DNA of 63,514 bases, filler included, from Pseudovirgaria hyperparasitica (lineage: Eukaryota): the NCBI GenBank assembly GCA_010093815.1. It is 6 parts of 6 records of this genome, joined end to end, with 100 filler letters (N's around TTAATTAATTAA, not from the genome) between each part and the next. Parts side by side here need not be neighbours in the genome. Positions count along the whole stretch, not along the records: positions 13,910 to 27,320 come from ML996623.1; positions 27,421 to 39,944 come from ML996625.1; 4 more parts are not named here. One strand, 5' to 3'. Positions 23,887-36,490 of this stretch are shown here, piece by piece (position 1 is the stretch's first letter; every line of letters starts with the position of its first letter). The notes under the pieces were generated by a model, which worked only from the letters and a program-made list of their open reading frames with translations, did not search any database and was not told the DNA's origin. The translations under genes and the position numbers were made by a program.

Positions 23887-26800
23887 GCGGGTGATGCGCG
23901 AGGTCTTGCAGGAGCGACTGGTGGAGAATGATGCACAGGCGTACAGCAATCGCATGCAATACTTGTCGAACAGTCCAATCACAGCCTGTAGGAAATGGAC
24001 TTTGCGAGGGGCGTAGCAGAGCTGGAAGTGGCACAGCGGTAGGGCAGTCTGTTTTAGTAGCAACTCCGCCTAAATCAAAATGCGCGACGCGTGTACACAG
24101 AATGAGGTTCTATAGAGTTAAGTTAAGGTTTAGTTTAGAGTAGTCTAGCTATAATAGTCTCTAGTATTATTAATCTATCGTACGATAGGCGCGTAAATAA
24201 ATTCTTCTACTTATACTATACTTCTCTTCTTCTACCTTCTACTCCTCTAAACGTCCCTAGTTCTCTATCTCTAAAATATCTAGCCGACCTCGTACGAACA
24301 TCGATCACCTTTAAGCCGAGATTATAGCTAAAAGGGTAGCGCGTGTCCCAGTTAAAGAAATATATAGCTGGTTATAGACTAAGTTCTCTATCCGTATAGC
24401 CATAAGAACCTTAGAAAAGAGACTAAAGTAATGGGGAGTTTAAACTCAAATGGATAGTGGTTCAATCGTACGAGAGACTCTTGGCCGCCGAATTAAATAA
24501 TTAATATTCAAGGGAGATCTATCTAATACAGAGCTTATAGTAGTTCTAGAAAGAGAAGGTCGTATAATAACCCAGTATATAATTAGTAGACTTCGAAGAG
24601 AAATAGGGCTATACCATCGGATTCGTGGAATTAAGGCATAAGAGCAGGCAGAGCTATATATATAAGAGCTCTTACAAGAGCATATGAAAACTAGACAGGT
24701 TAAGGGCTATGGTCGGGGCCTTCTCTATACACATTTCCGCTAGTAAGAGATGCTAATTAGGAGGTAAGTCTTCTATATTCATCTATATAGATCGTATGAT
24801 TCTAACTTATATAGAGATCGGCTCTATAGAGCTATGAAAATCGTTAATCCTTCTAGGATAGCACGTAGAAAGACTAATTTCTAGCGGATACGAGGAGAGT
24901 TCATTATCCCTAGGCCAAACTTCTATTAGAGTATAGATGGCTATCATAAGCTAAGCTCGTACGGCTTTAAGATCTATACCTATATTAATGCCTACTCACG
25001 CTTTATTATATGGAGCTATATTGGGATCTCTTCTACTACGGCTATAAGCTGTGAGCGGATGTTTCTTTAGGTTCTTAAAAGCTTTTAGTATCAGCCTCTC
25101 CTCGTACGATCTGACCATGGCGGTAAGACTACATTAATGGCTACCACATAGTGGAAGCTAAGGCAGCTATCTCAGCCAGATATTCTATTTTCTGAGTGCT
25201 GGATATGGGGAATAAGCACGGCTAATCAAAGAATTAAGTCCTGGTGGAATCAGCTCTCAAAAGGCTTACTCTAGAGATGGAGGGTATGTATCGTACGATC
25301 ATAAAAGTATAGGCTAACTTTATATAGAGATACTTTTCAAGACTATAGGGGGAGCGGCTACTGACTCTAAAGTTTATCCCTGATATAGTTACACTCTCTG
25401 CTATCTACACACCAGTTCTTCGAAGAGAGCTCGATCTATTCGTACGAACATAGAATAAGCACTATATTCGGAAGCAGGCCAATCGCCCTAACACGGTCTA
25501 TGGGAAGCCATGGATGAACTACTTCCACCCAGGACCTGAGATCATGAATGGTGCAGTCTAATTTAACGCAACTGAGTTCGTACGAGTCAAGTCAGAGGCT
25601 GAAGAGGCAGGTATCTATAATCTTAATGCATACCTACCACCTAATACTCTTATATGGTGCCAGCAACAGCTAGATCGACTTAATTTTAATCTAAAGGGCC
25701 CACTAGACACATTATACGATCGGCTGAATCCTTATCGATTAATATACCTTAAGCTAAGGCAGCTAACTCATAAGCACTTTAATTCTAGTCTAGAACCCCA
25801 GCTTTCTCTCTTAAAGTCTCTAGTTAGAGCTAGGTAGTAGCAGGTATATATCGTACGAGTAAAGGAGCGGTGTGATACTAATACTTCTCTAGGGACCTTA
25901 TACTAACTAAGATAGGCATGGCCCTATAGTATAACAGGATAATCAGGATTTAGGTATAGGTAGAGATGGTAATAAGGAGGTGGAATTTGCAGGTGAAGGT
26001 ATTATTAAACCAGATGGTAAGTATGGTATCGTACAACCTTACTAGGTAGACCAGAATGTCTATGAAGATACTATGTATATAGTAGATGAGCCTACTCATC
26101 TTAATAACTTTTAGTAGTAGCTACTTCTATCTTCTTTTTATATCTCCTCTTTAATCGTACGATATGGCACTAAAGATTACAGCTGCCTTCTTTAAGGTCT
26201 GCTCTAAGTTAAAGAGTGGGAAACGACATAATGAATTATACGAACAAGGCAACACCAAGTATAACGCATATAATACATTTCTTATAGAGTTTGACCCACG
26301 AGGTAGCTTAGTAGTAGAACCAATTACACTTATTAATGACTCCCCAGAGTCACAGAAGACAAAACAAGACCGAGATTGTACGACAGCCCTCTCTATTTAA
26401 TAAGGCTCCTCTAGCCAATGGCATACAAAAGGCTAGTATACTATTAATACTACTACTAGAGAACGTGCTCATCGATATATAGAACAAAATATCGCACGTG
26501 TACAATAGGCTATAACACTAGCTCGAGATCGTACGAGCGAAGAAGAGAACCTATATAAACCAAGGGTAATGGCTATGAATAAGATGGCACAAGAGATTGA
26601 GAGAACCCGTAACCGATTAATAGTTAAACATAGAAAGCCAGGAGTTGGGGAAAAGAAGCTTAGGTTGAACATTGTGATATGGAAAAACATAACCCGGGTA
26701 TTACCTGATGGAAGTGAGGAGAATGAGAGTACACGGTAAGGAAGAGGTTCGTACGAGATATTCCTATAGAAGAGACTTCTACTAATATATATATAGCCTA

Positions 26801-27320
26801 GAAATACCTAGTTAAGGTCTCAAACTAATAAATTGGAGACTCCCATCACTAATTAGCATAGATCTTTATGAGGGAGGTTGAAGCTCGTACGAGAACATGG
26901 CTTTCCCCCTGGCTTTAGGATAAGCCAGAGGATAATCATGTTATCCATATCTATACATCTGTTATCCAAAAAGGGCCCTTTATAGCAGTTGACCTTACGT
27001 TATATGATATAATCATGGACTGTCTTGAAGGAGAAGACTTTAAGGTCATAGTAGGGAACTAGAAGACTAATAAATCGTACGAGATTAACATTCTCTATTA
27101 AGAGATCAAGCACTAGGAGGAATTTGAGGCTGAGGTTAAGACAATACCCACCAGGCTGAAGCGGATGAATAAGACTAGTCCTAAGGAATCGCCATCTCCA
27201 TATATTAGTCGTACGAGACCAAAGAAAAAGAGAAGTAAGCAGGCCATTGGGAATCCATTCGTTAAATCCGAGGTCAAGCAGGAGTCTAAGGTTAAGCAGG
27301 AGTCTAAGGTTAAGCAGGAG
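23887..27320 (+). repeat. Inverted duplicate of 18057-21490 (second IS3EU arm from 24040 plus 153 bp of flank), truncated by contig end
   Basis: Mirrored coordinates sum to 45377 at all landmarks checked, and mirrored ORF translations are identical. Confidence 0.97.
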
Positions 27321-27420
27321 NNNNNNNNNNNNNNNNNNNNNNNNNNNNNNNNNNNNNNNNNNNNTTAATTAATTAANNNNNNNNNNNNNNNNNNNNNNNN
27401 NNNNNNNNNNNNNNNNNNNN

Positions 27421-27493
27421 TAATATGGGGAAGCTACTTCGCAGGATGCGCCAGATGAGCCCGTAAGTCAAAGGGACCACGCGAGAATCGTTA
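27421..27493 (-). repeat. Repeat terminus, inverted copy of 39496-39568
   Basis: 73-bp exact reverse complement. Both copies begin TA-ACGATTCTCGCG and run outward to the contig ends. Confidence 0.9.
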
Positions 27494-28007
27494 GATTGGC
27501 CATTCGTGGGGCTACCTCGAAGTCTTCCCAGCGCGACCTTGGTATTGACGACCGTAACCAAAATTCATGTGCCAATGGTGTCTCGATCGGTGCCTCTTTT
27601 ATTTCAACCCGCTTTCTATTAGGTCAAGCCGTCCGACGGTCCACGTGGACACGTCCATTGTGACGATACGTTTGACCCCTGCAGCTACCAAGTCGTGCTT
27701 GGTTGGTCGAGGCAGGCGACATGGAATGAGACGAACGCCGCCCTGTGATGGCCAGTAATTTGATTTGATAATCCTTTTCGACCCACATGTTAGGCAAGTC
27801 CGCCCCTACCAGTGCCTAGGAAGCTGGGAAAGAGGGCAAACCGGAAGGAGTGTCTTCGTCACAGGAACACTCCCTTCGGTTAAATTTATCACAGTAAAGA
27901 AATACTAAAGCGTTGCCAAGTCTTGAACCTTGATGGACTTGCAGACTCTTCCTCCACCACCCCTCACAGGGCGCACGCAGCATGCTAACGGCTGGTGTGC
28001 GACAAAG

Positions 28008-28251
28008 CAGTGTTGGGGGAGGAGCGACAGGAGCGATCGCTCCAGAGTGGAGTGACTCGCTCTGGAGTGAAGTAATAAAAGATATTAAGTTAAAAAACTA
28101 GTTATCGTTTTTTGTCTGTAAGAAATTCTTTTTCTTCATAATTTATTTGTAAAATCTTAGCTAATTCTAAAATTTAACTCCGGAGTAAAAGGAATGTCAC
28201 CGGAGTGTTACTCCGCCACTCCGGAGTATAACTCATAATCCCCCATCACTG
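28008..28251. mobile_element. MITE-like element with CAGTG termini (hAT-like)
   Basis: CAGTGTTGGGGGA...TCCCCCATCACTG, subterminal GGAGT/ACTCC repeats and an AT-rich core. No clear TSD. Confidence 0.65.
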
Positions 28252-28386
28252 TGTAACTAAGAATATACGGATCGGCTAATGAAGTAAGGAACTGAGTCAG
28301 TATAGCGGGACGACCAACCCTTAGATTCGACTGAATGGGTTCACGCCGGAGCTGTATTTAGATTGGCGTCATGGGATAGACCGACC

Positions 28387-29610
28387 TCAGGTTTCTAAGA
28401 ATTGATCAAAGTAACTTATCGGTAACGTGATGTATCTATCTTCGATCGATTTCGAATCTGATTTTGCAATCTTGAGCTGGGACGAGTCAACCCCATTACC
28501 GGCCAGGGCCTTTGATAGTTGAGAACTGGTAGAAGATTCACTCTCCGGGCTGGGAGATGTCTGTGGCTGAATCTCGTGCGGCGTCAGCTTTCCATGTTTC
28601 TTGCACAGAGTGTCCTCGTTCATGATCCGCTCAAGTATTGAATCCTGCTCTTGTATCTTCTGTTCCAACCTAAGGAATCTATCTTCGATCGATCTCGAAT
28701 CTGGTTTTGCAATCTTGAGCTGGGACGAGTCAACCCCAGGGCTGAGAGATGTCTGTGGCTCATTCTCGTGCAGCGTCGGCTTTCCATGTTTCTTGCACAG
28801 AGTGTCAATGTCGTTGTTCGCACTTTCCTTCCCCAGCACCCTACACAGATCTGATCTAGTCAGATGGTGCAGTTCGTTGCTCCATATAATCCAGCAGTGT
28901 GTCTCTGGAGTCCTGGGACTATTTGCACCATTATGCGTCTTGTATTCGGGACTTGTCACCGCGAGTAGGCTCTCATACTTTCCGCGGTCTTTGTACGACC
29001 ATTTACGCTTTTCTACCCCAGTTCCGGCAAGCTGTAGTGTTCCGGAAACCTGTTTGTACTGTTCGACTTGGCGAAGGCCAACCTCAGACCCGGACTTGAT
29101 GGTCCAGACGGGGCAGCCGGCTGTTTCCTCGACCACGCAGCGGGTGCCGCTGCCACAAGGGCGCCATGCCATGATACGTTTCCCATCCTTCGAAGTGCCT
29201 GTCGCCCATGTCCACAGCTTAGTCAGTGGATCAGCCACAGCGGCCTGCGCAGTGTCTTTGCCGCCCTTTCCGCCACACTCCCGGAGGAGTTCTGTCCAGC
29301 TTTCTGGATAGGCACGGTCTTTGATGAGTTTATCGAGCATCGCAGTGGCTGCGCCGAGGGCCTCCACTCTCGTCTGGTCGTCTGAGCATTCGTCAACTTT
29401 AGCACGCGCTGTAAGGATATCGTCGATGACGTGTTTTAGATCATCGTAGCCGATAATTCCATCGGTCAGGTGCTCTTGGGGTAGCTGTGCTCTGTTGTTG
29501 TAGTAGAGAATATCTTGGTTGATTTTGTCAATCTGCAATCTTGCGCCCGCTTCTTCATCCCGCACGAATGCAAGGATATATCCATAAGCCTGGGTATGCA
29601 TGCTTCTATA
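28387..29610 (-). CDS. Hypothetical protein (~400 aa), 5' end probably disrupted by the Tc1 remnant; internal C-terminal duplication
   Basis: Long non-RIP ORF. Duplicated blocks DTLCKKHGK..QTS.SP and GVDSSQLKIAK.DS.SIEDR. Confidence 0.6.
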   Translation of the reverse strand, partial: YRSMHTQAYGYILAFVRDEEAGARLQIDKINQDILYYNNRAQLPQEHLTDGIIGYDDLKHVIDDILTARAKVDECSDDQTRVEALGAATAMLDKLIKDRAYPESWTELLRECGGKGGKDTAQAAVADPLTKLWTWATGTSKDGKRIMAWRPCGSGTRCVVEETAGCPVWTIKSGSEVGLRQVEQYKQVSGTLQLAGTGVEKRKWSYKDRGKYESLLAVTSPEYKTHNGANSPRTPETHCWIIWSNELHHLTRSDLCRVLGKESANNDIDTLCKKHGKPTLHENEPQTSLSPGVDSSQLKIAKPDSRSIEDRFLRLEQKIQEQDSILERIMNEDTLCKKHGKLTPHEIQPQTSPSPESESSTSSQLSKALAGNGVDSSQLKIAKSDSKSIEDRYITLPISYFDQFLET

Positions 29611-29618
29611 ATGATACC

Positions 29619-29900
29619 CCGGGCGTGCGATAATAATTATCATGGATAATCTCGCACTTTATACGAACCAATAGATTAAGCCACTTATACTTAGCGCTGG
29701 CCATATCGTACGATATACGCCACCGTACTCACCTAACTTTAATCCTATTAAGCTTGTATGGGCGGTAATAAAGGCATGGATTCATAGGTGGTATACCTGG
29801 ACACGTCAGCAATCTCGAACTTTTGAGGACTTCCTCCATATCGCCTTTACACATAGCCACGCTGATTAGTGGGCTCTACGCTTCTTTAAACATGCCGCAG
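29619..29900 (+). pseudogene. Tc1/IS630 (DDE_3) transposase C-terminal remnant
   Basis: IIIMDNLALY...RYTPPYSPNFNPIKLVWAVIKAW matches DN..H...PPYSPD.NPIE..W..K. Confidence 0.85.
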
Positions 29901-30182
29901 ATGGGTATTATATTGATGAGACGCTCCGGCAGAAGGTAGTAGCTGATTTAGAGAGGTTTGGACAAGGTAGAGGTGGTAGAGAGGTTACTGAAGTTAAGGA
30001 GATTGGGAGACTTTTCTACGAACTTATCATGTAATTCACTTATTAGTAATAAGTAAGTCGCGTAGCTAGCTAGTAATACTCTATATATATGTCCGTTTTA
30101 GGCACTAGTCGTTGAGTATATGGCTATAATATATGAATATATACTCCTAAATACACTCCAAGAAACACCATACTATCCCTAT

Positions 30183-33100
30183 CTAAATACTAGTTATGCT
30201 AGTTATAGTAAACGCCTGGAGCGAGGACGCTGCCTCGCTTACCTTAAGTTGCTCCTTATACCCACGAAGATATAGACGTGCATCTAGTAAGATGCTAAGT
30301 GGAACACCTGCTGTCTTCGCGGCTTCATGATAAGCAGTTCTAGCCCTCGTCTTATTATGAGTCTCTATCTCTTTACGCCATTCGAGAGCTGATAGTACTA
30401 CATCTGCCTGGTGACGCCCTGGTTGTGCTGGACTGCTAAAGGTTTCCACGACTCGTGTCTAAGGAGGTGTCTTACGACGAGACTCACGAGTCGGCGAGTG
30501 ATTCGAACTATGAGTAGATAGTAGACGAGGCTAAGGTTAAGGAAACGTAGGTACCTGTATAGACATTATGGGGTTGAGCCCGTGACGCTGTAATTATATC
30601 TGACGGAGTAGTTAAGTATACGCGACCTTGTCTTCATTATCTCGACGACGTCTTATCGCCACCTCCTCGCGCTTAATTAACGCCTGCCTCATCTGCTCGT
30701 CTTGAAGCCTCGCATTCCGCTCCTCACGATCTAACTCAGCCTCCTCACGTCGTAATCTCTTTATTTTAAGGCGCTTAAGTATAGAGGTAGTAGCTCCGTC
30801 AACAGCAGTTGACGAGGTACTAGTTCTACTACTAGTTCGAGACTTCCTTGGGCACGGTCGAGAGATAATCTTGTGGAATGAGTCCACTGATAGCTTGTCC
30901 TTAGTTACGCCTTGAACACCGTTGATAACATCATTAGCCCATGGCTCTGAGATAGTCTTATCCACCTTATAGTGGAGTATTCCATTAGGTGATGCGATCT
31001 TCTAGTACTAGCCTTGGTAGTTTATACACGTCGCCTCACTACACCAGAGCTTACTCTGAATATTATTGATAACGACTCCTCGGTCACGGCCTCGCTGTCT
31101 TCGCTCCTCCTGCGATTTAAATAACTGTTTCGAGCGTCCCTTGAGGTTCGGATCTATAGGCGACGATACTAGACCAGCAGAAACTATACCAGTAAGTGGT
31201 GATGGCGTGGGAGACTTCGGATTAGATGCTATAGCCTTCTTACGTCCCGGTGGCTGGTAAGACTCATAGATGACAGTATCCTTAAAGGTAAGGAATACAG
31301 CCTCTAGCGGATCTTTCCTTACTAGGCTATGGATCTTATTAAGGAAGGTAAGAAGCTTATCCTAGTTAAAGAGACTCTAGTCTAGAAATGTTGACTGCTT
31401 CCTAGCACGACTAGATATCCCGAGCTTCATAGTAAAGCCTCGAGTCTTAAATAGCCAGTCATTAGTGGCGAGGGCCTCATTAATCAACCGCTGAATATCC
31501 TCCTTATATAACTCATTCTCGAACTTATACCGGGCTTCTGTCTTTAGTAACGCAGCCTTGATAATCTTCCTAAAACCATCCACTCTGAGTTGCCAATTTA
31601 CGTGGATAGACTATATTATCTTATTAAGGGCCGCGTCATTATCCCAGAGGTCTCCCTCCTCTTTAACCTCATCTAAATCTCCCGCGAACTAAAGTAGATT
31701 TATCGGTATTATCGGGTATATCACGAGGTTGGCTGGAATTCCAATTCGTTGTGCAGGGATATCCTGCATGGTGTGATTTGGCAGGATAAAGCTGCTCTTG
31801 GCGGCAATCCATGCACCCATACATCGAAGCAATCTCATGCGGGAGGACTTACTTTTCATCCCGCATACGACGATCAGTAGCGCCAGTGCCGCTTTGTCGC
31901 ACACCAGCCGCCAGTACACTGCGTCACTATCTTCCAACCCCATCATAACGTGCAGGTTAGACGGAACGCGCAATCGATTTACTATATGTATTTAGCAGGC
32001 TTTCGGAGATGAACTCGCTAGAGAATCAATTCTATAAATTAAGATTCTGGTGTGTTATGAGGATGAATCACTGATGGTACTGGCTCCCCTCAATGCTTGT
32101 GGTTACTTGCATTCTACATCTTTTCTCTTCTTTTCGGATGGTGTGCAACTGGAGAATTGATGTACGACAATTTTGAATACATAGGCTTGCTTTGTAAAGC
32201 TCTACATTGGCTCGAGTAATGGCCTCGTCGGGGTGCTCTCTCATCGACATCCTGGAGACAGAGAAGGGCGTCATCTTGAAGGCGTCCCTAGGGATTGTGC
32301 ATCGGGCTACAATGGGATGTCGTATGAGTAATTCTGCGGGACTCACACTTCTCTGCTGTATTGATGCTATAAATCTGTATCTAGAAACTGTGAATGCCCG
32401 GACAGACAGGCTAGTCTTCTGCTGGTGGATCTGTGGGAGTGCCCGATTTCTTGATCCCGAAACGAAGCCCTCACGGCACTTGCTATCCATGAACTGGAAA
32501 CCAGGGCCGGCCTACTAAATGTAGAATATAGTGCCACGCCATATTGCACGCACAGCGGACAGCTTTCGACATGCCTGCTGTTTTTGGCAACACATAGTGT
32601 GTGCCCACGGCTCTATCGACGCGCGTTTAATTTTATAATGAAGACGTCCTGATAAGGATGGGACGATAAAGCAGTGGCCTCGCTCCTTCCTCTGCTAAGC
32701 TATTACTCGGGCACGCCCTCGGAGATTCTCTATATTCGGCGAACTTCAAAGCCCCGTATTTAGTGATAGCGTAGGAGAGTCGCGATGACGAACACGTTGC
32801 TAAGGTTACTAAGGTTTCTTAGCCCACGACTCGCACTTCAAGCTGTCCTTAAAGGTAACCATAATAACCTTATCCTTGGTACTAGCGAGCGAGTGGATCT
32901 TATCTATGACTATATAGAGTCTCTCCTAGCTAATAATCGACCAGTCATTAATAGTAAGTATCCTCCTCTACTTCTTCCTTATACTAAGACTATACACGAC
33001 CTAACGAGTCTCGAAGGCCTAGTCATCTATATTAAGCTTCGTATTAATTATCTTATTAATAGTACCCTTATATACCTCGCGATTAAAAGCATATCGCGGA

Positions 33101-33330
33101 AAAGTAGTAAGTTCATCCGCTGCCTCGTTCTTCCTATTAATACGTAATCTCTAGGATACGTGTATCTTATACGTCTCCTCTACGTCCTCTTCCTCAACCC
33201 CTATAACCTTGTCCTAACCGCTATTTATAGGATTCATAGGAAGAGATGAAGAAAGAGGAGTAGGAGGAGTAGGAGTAGAAGGAGTAGGAGGAGGAGGAGG
33301 AGGAGGAGGAGGTTTAGTCGACGCGTCTAT
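30183..33330 (-). pseudogene. RIP-mutated accessory gene of the Tc1-like element (homolog of 13910-15428), interrupted at ~31735-32608
   Basis: N-terminal poly-Pro at 33240-33315. LWCSEATCINYQG*Y*KI...HYKV...PWAND at ~30930-31050, then a coiled coil and an FSSP C-terminus. Convergent with the transposase remnant. Confidence 0.6.
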
Positions 33331-33594
33331 GGCAAATTGAACGCTTTGAGTGGGTTTTTTCGACGTCGTAGGGGGCATATGGGTAGAAAAAATACGTGGA
33401 GACTCAACACCAAGTATATTAACTAATAAAACCTCATGTGGCGACGAGTGTACGACAAAATGCCAAAATATGACTGTCTCACGTAAATTTGGGTGGGGGA
33501 GACATCGCGCGACATGCGAGTGCCAAGCTCGTCAGGTTCTAGGAAAACGACGGATTCTTTGATACTCCATCGCGCCGCACCCTTTGCTCCTGTG

Positions 33595-36490
33595 TTATCC
33601 GGGTCTTTTCACCTGTGCCGACAGAAGTTTTCGTATCATCGCGCTGGCAACCGAGGTGAGCCCTTCTTTGCGTGCTTTCAGTCTGGTCTGTCTATTCTCT
33701 GCGATCAATACCGCTGGCTTCGCACCTGGCACGATGTGACCTTCGCATGGTTCCTGTAATGTCATATCGCTGACCCGACGGGTGATGCCGATGATGACAT
33801 CATCCATTTTCTCGAGAGAAATCTTGTACGTAGCATTACTACTGTCGCCTTCCATAGCTTTGCACGGGTCAGTTATCGCATTGCCCTGAGAATCAACAAT
33901 CGAAAGCTTTTTCCCCTGCGATAATGCCGTGTTGATGCTTGTCAGAGCCTGTTCTGCTTGTACTCTTCGTGTGTCGTTTTCCATCGCATGAGCATAAGCA
34001 TGCAAGTTAGCAATGACTAGAAGTTCTCAGCACTACGATCTATCTGATGAAGGGTACAGTACCGTCTTCTGGGATGAGCACGCGCCAGTCTCCATTACTT
34101 AATAGCAGGACAAAGACATCGGTTTGGGAAAGGAGCATGTCTGTTTCGCAAATAATGACCTGCGTTAATATATGAGTTAGATCCAGGTGACGAGCTCTAT
34201 TCATAGCGAACGTACTGTATAATTACGAACGATGACCTTCTTGATAGTCGGCATGTTACTGGTATGGCTGCTCTTCTCAGTGGACTCGAGGAGTGGATCA
34301 TAAATATCCGAGAGAGTAGTGGTCGATACATCCCCAGTCATAACTAGGTCAGCTGAAACATTCGGAGGCCCAATCAATTCTTCGTTTCTGCGGAGTTGAA
34401 TGGGCTGCGACCTCGTGAAGTCGTGCTTTGGGGAAACAGCTCCATTAGCAGCCCATGTGTGCTTATTGTGGTCAAAATGAAGCGCACCGTTCTCCTGAAA
34501 ATGCTTAGTAGATACTTCACATGTGGACAGCGTACACTTTACAGATACCAGACGCATTCCAAGCCAGAGGATGTGCTCAATTCTTGATCTATGCGTTGAG
34601 GCAAGCTCAAGGTGTCGCTCATCCTCATCAATAAGAGTCTCAAACCAAGTGTCCGGGAAATAATTAAGGCTCCATATTTGGCCCCTAATAAGATAATCTT
34701 CCGGAAGGGGTCGCTTGTCAGCAGCATCTTGTTGCGGAAAGTCGAGTCGTTCTATAGGCAATTCTATGTTATCAGTTTTCGCGAGCGTGTTTAGGAAATC
34801 GGCAAGGGCTTCCCACGGCACATGCTCGAAGATAGCCGAGCAGTCGTAGTTAAGGGAGGAAACCCTGGTTAGAAAGACAAGCAAACAATGGATATGCGGA
34901 AAGACATTCTTGTCTCCAATGCGTTGAAGAGTCAACCTGAAAGTAGAGAACGTGATGCGTAAAGCATAAGCGAAAGTCGGTTGCGCAACAAGCTCAAGCT
35001 GACGAGCAAGGACGTCTGCCGTATCTTCCTCTGGCGGTGGCGTGATAGGTCTAACGTTATCATCGTTTGGGCCGCCTTGCGGTCGGGTGAGAGCCTCGAT
35101 TTCTCTTTTAAACCTGATGTCAAAATACTTACGAAGGATGGAACCTTCTTCTCCGTGGTTAAAAAGACTGGAGATGTTTATTACAGCGACATATATGCCT
35201 TGATCTCCCCATTTTGCAGAGACCCGACCGATATGAGGGTCCAACTGGCGGAGATAATCATCAGTAGTAGCATCAAATGTCTCAAGACATTCTTTGGTAA
35301 TCAGTATGCCGTGAGCCTTGATGTAAATCGTGTCAATATCGGCTGTATGCGCGTGAGCTGTATGCGTCCGGCCAAGTAATGTCATGATGATTGAATCTCG
35401 GGTACCCGTAAAAGGCTGAATACATGCAAGGGAGCGCGAATAGTGAAACAGCTGCTGTAGGGCATCTGGACGGGCGAGAATGGCCAAGTGGTGATACAAG
35501 CGACCAACGGTAGGGTTCTTGTCCACGGCTTCGCCATACCATGAACGACCGATAGCAGCCCAGGCCTCACGGTAAGGCATATCTTCGTCCTCAATGGCCA
35601 TACGATACCTACTAATATCGCCAAGGTGTTCAGTCCATGTATCGCGAAAAATAGGTACTGTCTCGTGTAATAGTGCAACCATCTTATATGCGATGTGGGT
35701 ATAGCATAGCATGAATTCAAGGCTTTTTGGAAGATGTTTGCGGAGTAGCTCGAGGAACGAGTGTATACCGTGCTTGCACATTCGAGCGGGCATGGAATAC
35801 TTGAGAGCAAGCTGCTGAAGAGCTGGGGTTGCTGATGGATGCTGGGAGGCAAGGAAGAAGTCGTGATGCTCATAGAGCAGCATACTGTGTAGTGAAATGA
35901 GATCTTGCCAGCGCTGAGGCGTCAGCTGCTCTTGGGACGCAGCCGCTTGGGCTTTATCCTCGCTAATGCATTTGTTTTCGAGCTTTACAAGACCTGCATA
36001 GATGTTCTTTACTTTGGCCGCAAGTTGCGATGGTAAGATGGGTCTAGAGTCTGGCTGCAAGAGTAGTTTGGGTTGCCAATCATCGGCAGAAAACTCTGGG
36101 TCACCGGGCTCACTTTTTGCGATTGTGGGAGTGTCGATATCTTCTACTGCTGGTAAACTGGGCTGACGAGAACCTGGGTTTCCGGGACTTCTATTCCTGC
36201 TGAGCAGTAAGTTAGTACGAAGCCACATGGCTAGTAACACATGGCTAGTAACACATGGCTAGTAAGAGTCACACTCACGCTTTGTGCGCTGCTTCCTCGC
36301 ATATCAGCCTCCGAAAAAGTGCTCTAGACGCGTGCGAGTTCACGTTTAGATTGATCAGCTGCTTTGAGTGACGGCTTTGCACATGGTCCCAGAGAGCGTT
36401 GCCCTTAAGGAATGTCTGGTCGGGACAGTAAGGACAAGCGTAGAGCTCATTGGTAGTGGCATTCTCGGGACCTTTTCTAGGCTGGATCAT
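33595..36490 (-). CDS. Est1/SMG6-type DNA/RNA-binding (TPR-like) domain protein with N-terminal C2H2 finger, multi-exon
   Basis: LLYEHHDFFLASQHPSA, HGIHSFLELLR, LGDISRYRMAIED, GRLYHHLAILAR...QQLFHY. Upstream exon CPYC...H...H, intron ~36277-36200. Downstream exons near 33595-34160 are tentative. Confidence 0.82.
36224..36265. repeat. 14-bp tandem repeat x3 (CACATGGCTAGTAA), intronic
   Basis: Seen directly. Confidence 0.95.

Noticed and set aside
16588..27320. Two independent insertions of the IS3EU-like element
   Set aside because: The second arm copies the first arm's TSD and 153 bp of flank, so it is a segmental inverted duplication or an assembly artifact.
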